From Iphione sp. A-MEVVRFRX5 (taxonomy: Eukaryota): a DNA stretch of 64,000 nucleotides. Of the stretch, positions 61,901 to 64,000 are shown piece by piece. The number at the start of each line of letters is the position of its first letter. The stretch's first letter is position 1. Below the pieces are notes generated by a model that was not told where the DNA came from, made no database searches, and was given only the letters and a program-made list of their open reading frames with translations. The stretch covers positions 84,258,001-84,322,000 of the forward strand of contig OZ320315.1 in NCBI GenBank assembly GCA_976226885.1. The letters run 5' to 3'. The position numbers were made by a program, and so were the translations under genes.

Positions 61901-64000
61901 CCCAATAATTCAGCTAATCCCTCGACTGGAGCCAGCCTGTTTACCCGACCTTGCAGATCAGTCAAACAACAGAGCCGTGGCCAAGTCAATAATTCATCCC
62001 CATTATCGATCTACCTTTATGATCTATAATTAAATCGGCTGGTTTTCTGGATTAGGTCAATATAAGGATAGCCCCAAATAGAACTTAGAGGGGATGTAGA
62101 AGTCAGACGGGCATCCATACACATTTACTTTGCCCTGTACACACGTCAATGACTGGAACACGGATAAATAAAACGTATGCGATCAGTGTGTGCTACACTG
62201 ATTGTTCACCATTCAAGTGTTGCTGCTGAACAAAAAAACCCATAAAACATACTTTAATTAATAAGTCATGACGCTTGAAGAGACCATATAAACATGAATG
62301 AAATGGCCTTTTCATAATGTAGATTGGGTGGCAGGCTCACTCAGAAGCTTTTCACTGCGCACATCTTGTGTATGCTGTCATCACTAAACAGTGCGTTCAG
62401 TGTAGATGGAAAAACACGCACACATTTAGTAAAACTGAATGCAGATACAGATTAAATCTACAGTGACGAGATAAAAAGAGAACGAATGAGACAGAGATAG
62501 AACAGACAGACAACTAAACATTTGGACAGACATGAAGACAGAATTCGAGGTAAAGAGAGAAGAGACAAATAGCTGGATCAGAGAATCACCAAAAGGTCTC
62601 CTTAGGTAATTCCTGATTCTGCGTCAATATAACCACATTTTCCTATCAGTTCCTTCGTGAAGCCATGGAGGGATAAAGGCATTATTTTATGGGTCTCCTC
62701 CACGCGGTCATCCAATCGACGTAATCGACGTGGAGAGCGTTCGTCAACGGTACGAAAATGCTGATATAAACATCGGAACCTCGGTCATGCATATACCTGG
62801 CCAAGATTGAATGCCAATGGCCGGCAGGTGACGAAAGTTAATGGGCGAAATGTGATCAAAATTTTATTACCCCAGCATTCTATAGATCATGCAATATGCT
62901 CATACCAACTGGGGCATTATCCAATATGGAGGGACTGGCCCTGCGGGATATGGTGGTGCTGTTTGGTAACAAACTGGTGGGAATTTTGTTTGAAACTGCA
63001 AAGGGATTGATAAATACCATGATTGGCATCAAGTTGATGCTCATGACTTGAATTACACTTACATGTACTTGCAGTGCAATAACTTTCGATGTTTCATTTC
63101 TGTTAACATCAATATCTACTTTATTAAGCCTGGAAGAAACTAAACAAACTCACGTGTTACTGGGTGTTGTCAACTGTTTGGTTATTGCGGAAGAAAGCAG
63201 ACAAAGAAATGAAGGTGGATTGAGGCAAACATTGGTTTGAGAGCGACCAAATGCTGAGAAGGGTCTTGTCTGTCACTTGACAGACATGAATACATGAATT
63301 GGACATGAATTTGATGTGCAGGAGCAATTATATTCCTTAATCTCTTCAGCAGCAACGATATCCATGCTTAACATATACCCTTTTCTTTCATAGAAAATAG
63401 TGCATGAAATATCATCAACGTACGTGAGAAAAATTGGATGCCTTTTTGGTGGAAAACGGCAATATCAGACGAAACTGTTGTTATTTCAGTAAGAGATCAC
63501 AAATGGAAAATTTTAACAAAACAAGGTATGGTTAAAAAACAAACCGACCTCGACAATCCATCATGCCTGCACAGGGGACATCGGTATCGCATCAACACTT
63601 CAGTATACACAACAAACATTCAAAACAGGCCCAAAAAGCCGGGGATCACTCCTCTCCAGATCCGCGCCTCTCTGTCCTCACATCGAGCGGCAAGGATCAG
63701 CTTAGGACAGGAAAAACAACATCGGTGGCGACAGCTTGACTAAGGTTTGGGTTTTAACAGCCTGGCTTTTGTGTTACAAGTAAACACAAGTCGCTGTCTA
63801 CCTTTGGCCTCGGTGCTGTCGCTATCTGGTGCGCACAGGTGTTACAGACTGGGCACTCTGTCAAAGGTGCCTCTAATGCTACTTGGTACGAATGGGCAGC
63901 ACTGGGCATTTCTCTAATACGTCCTAACCTAAATTCCAGTAGAAAAAATACACTGGTCCATCAACGGTCCAATCTCCGCTTCTCTCTGCGGCGTGATGAC

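Noticed and set aside
331-63743. The many 60-190 aa ORFs in the supplied track (e.g. 41676-42230, 5941-6441, 16624-17100, 32778-33350)
   Set aside because: No recognisable domains. Several run through microsatellites or N gaps, and their sizes are as expected by chance in intronic DNA. Only the ORFs overlapping 37994-38286 and 11352-11481 contain real exons.
1-64000. CRISPR array, rRNA or tRNA genes, prokaryotic operon
   Set aside because: No repeat-spacer array or structured RNA gene was seen; the sequence is intron-rich eukaryotic DNA.

Overview
Eukaryotic, almost entirely non-coding window. The heavy TACATGTA enrichment, GC3-rich exons and repeat style suggest an invertebrate deuterostome such as amphioxus; this is inference only. 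It lies inside one large minus-strand gene of the PDZRN3/PDZRN4/PDZD4 (LNX3/4/5) family. Two coding exons are supported: 38286-37994 (second half of PDZ1, [32 protein letters not shown]...STATQTD) and 11481-11352 (linker exon ending DEMEYE). Their splice phases join in frame across a ~26.5-kb intron. I did not find the flanking family exons in the window. The rest is intron containing an intact 623-bp PIF/Harbinger-type MITE (TTA TSD, 18-bp TIRs, internal 41-bp tandem array), probable decayed RTE and CR1/L2 LINE relics, microsatellites, two N gaps and many enhancer- or promoter-like blocks. I found no CRISPR array, tRNA/rRNA gene or autonomous transposon, and no clear evidence of a new multi-gene system. 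The best leads are regulatory or structural: a candidate alternative first coding exon (MEEE) beside the young MITE, a divergent CTCF-like motif pair with an orientation switch near 8.6 kb, a K50-homeodomain site cluster, a perfect 18-bp palindrome with a tandem duplication, and about 25 copies of TACATGTA.
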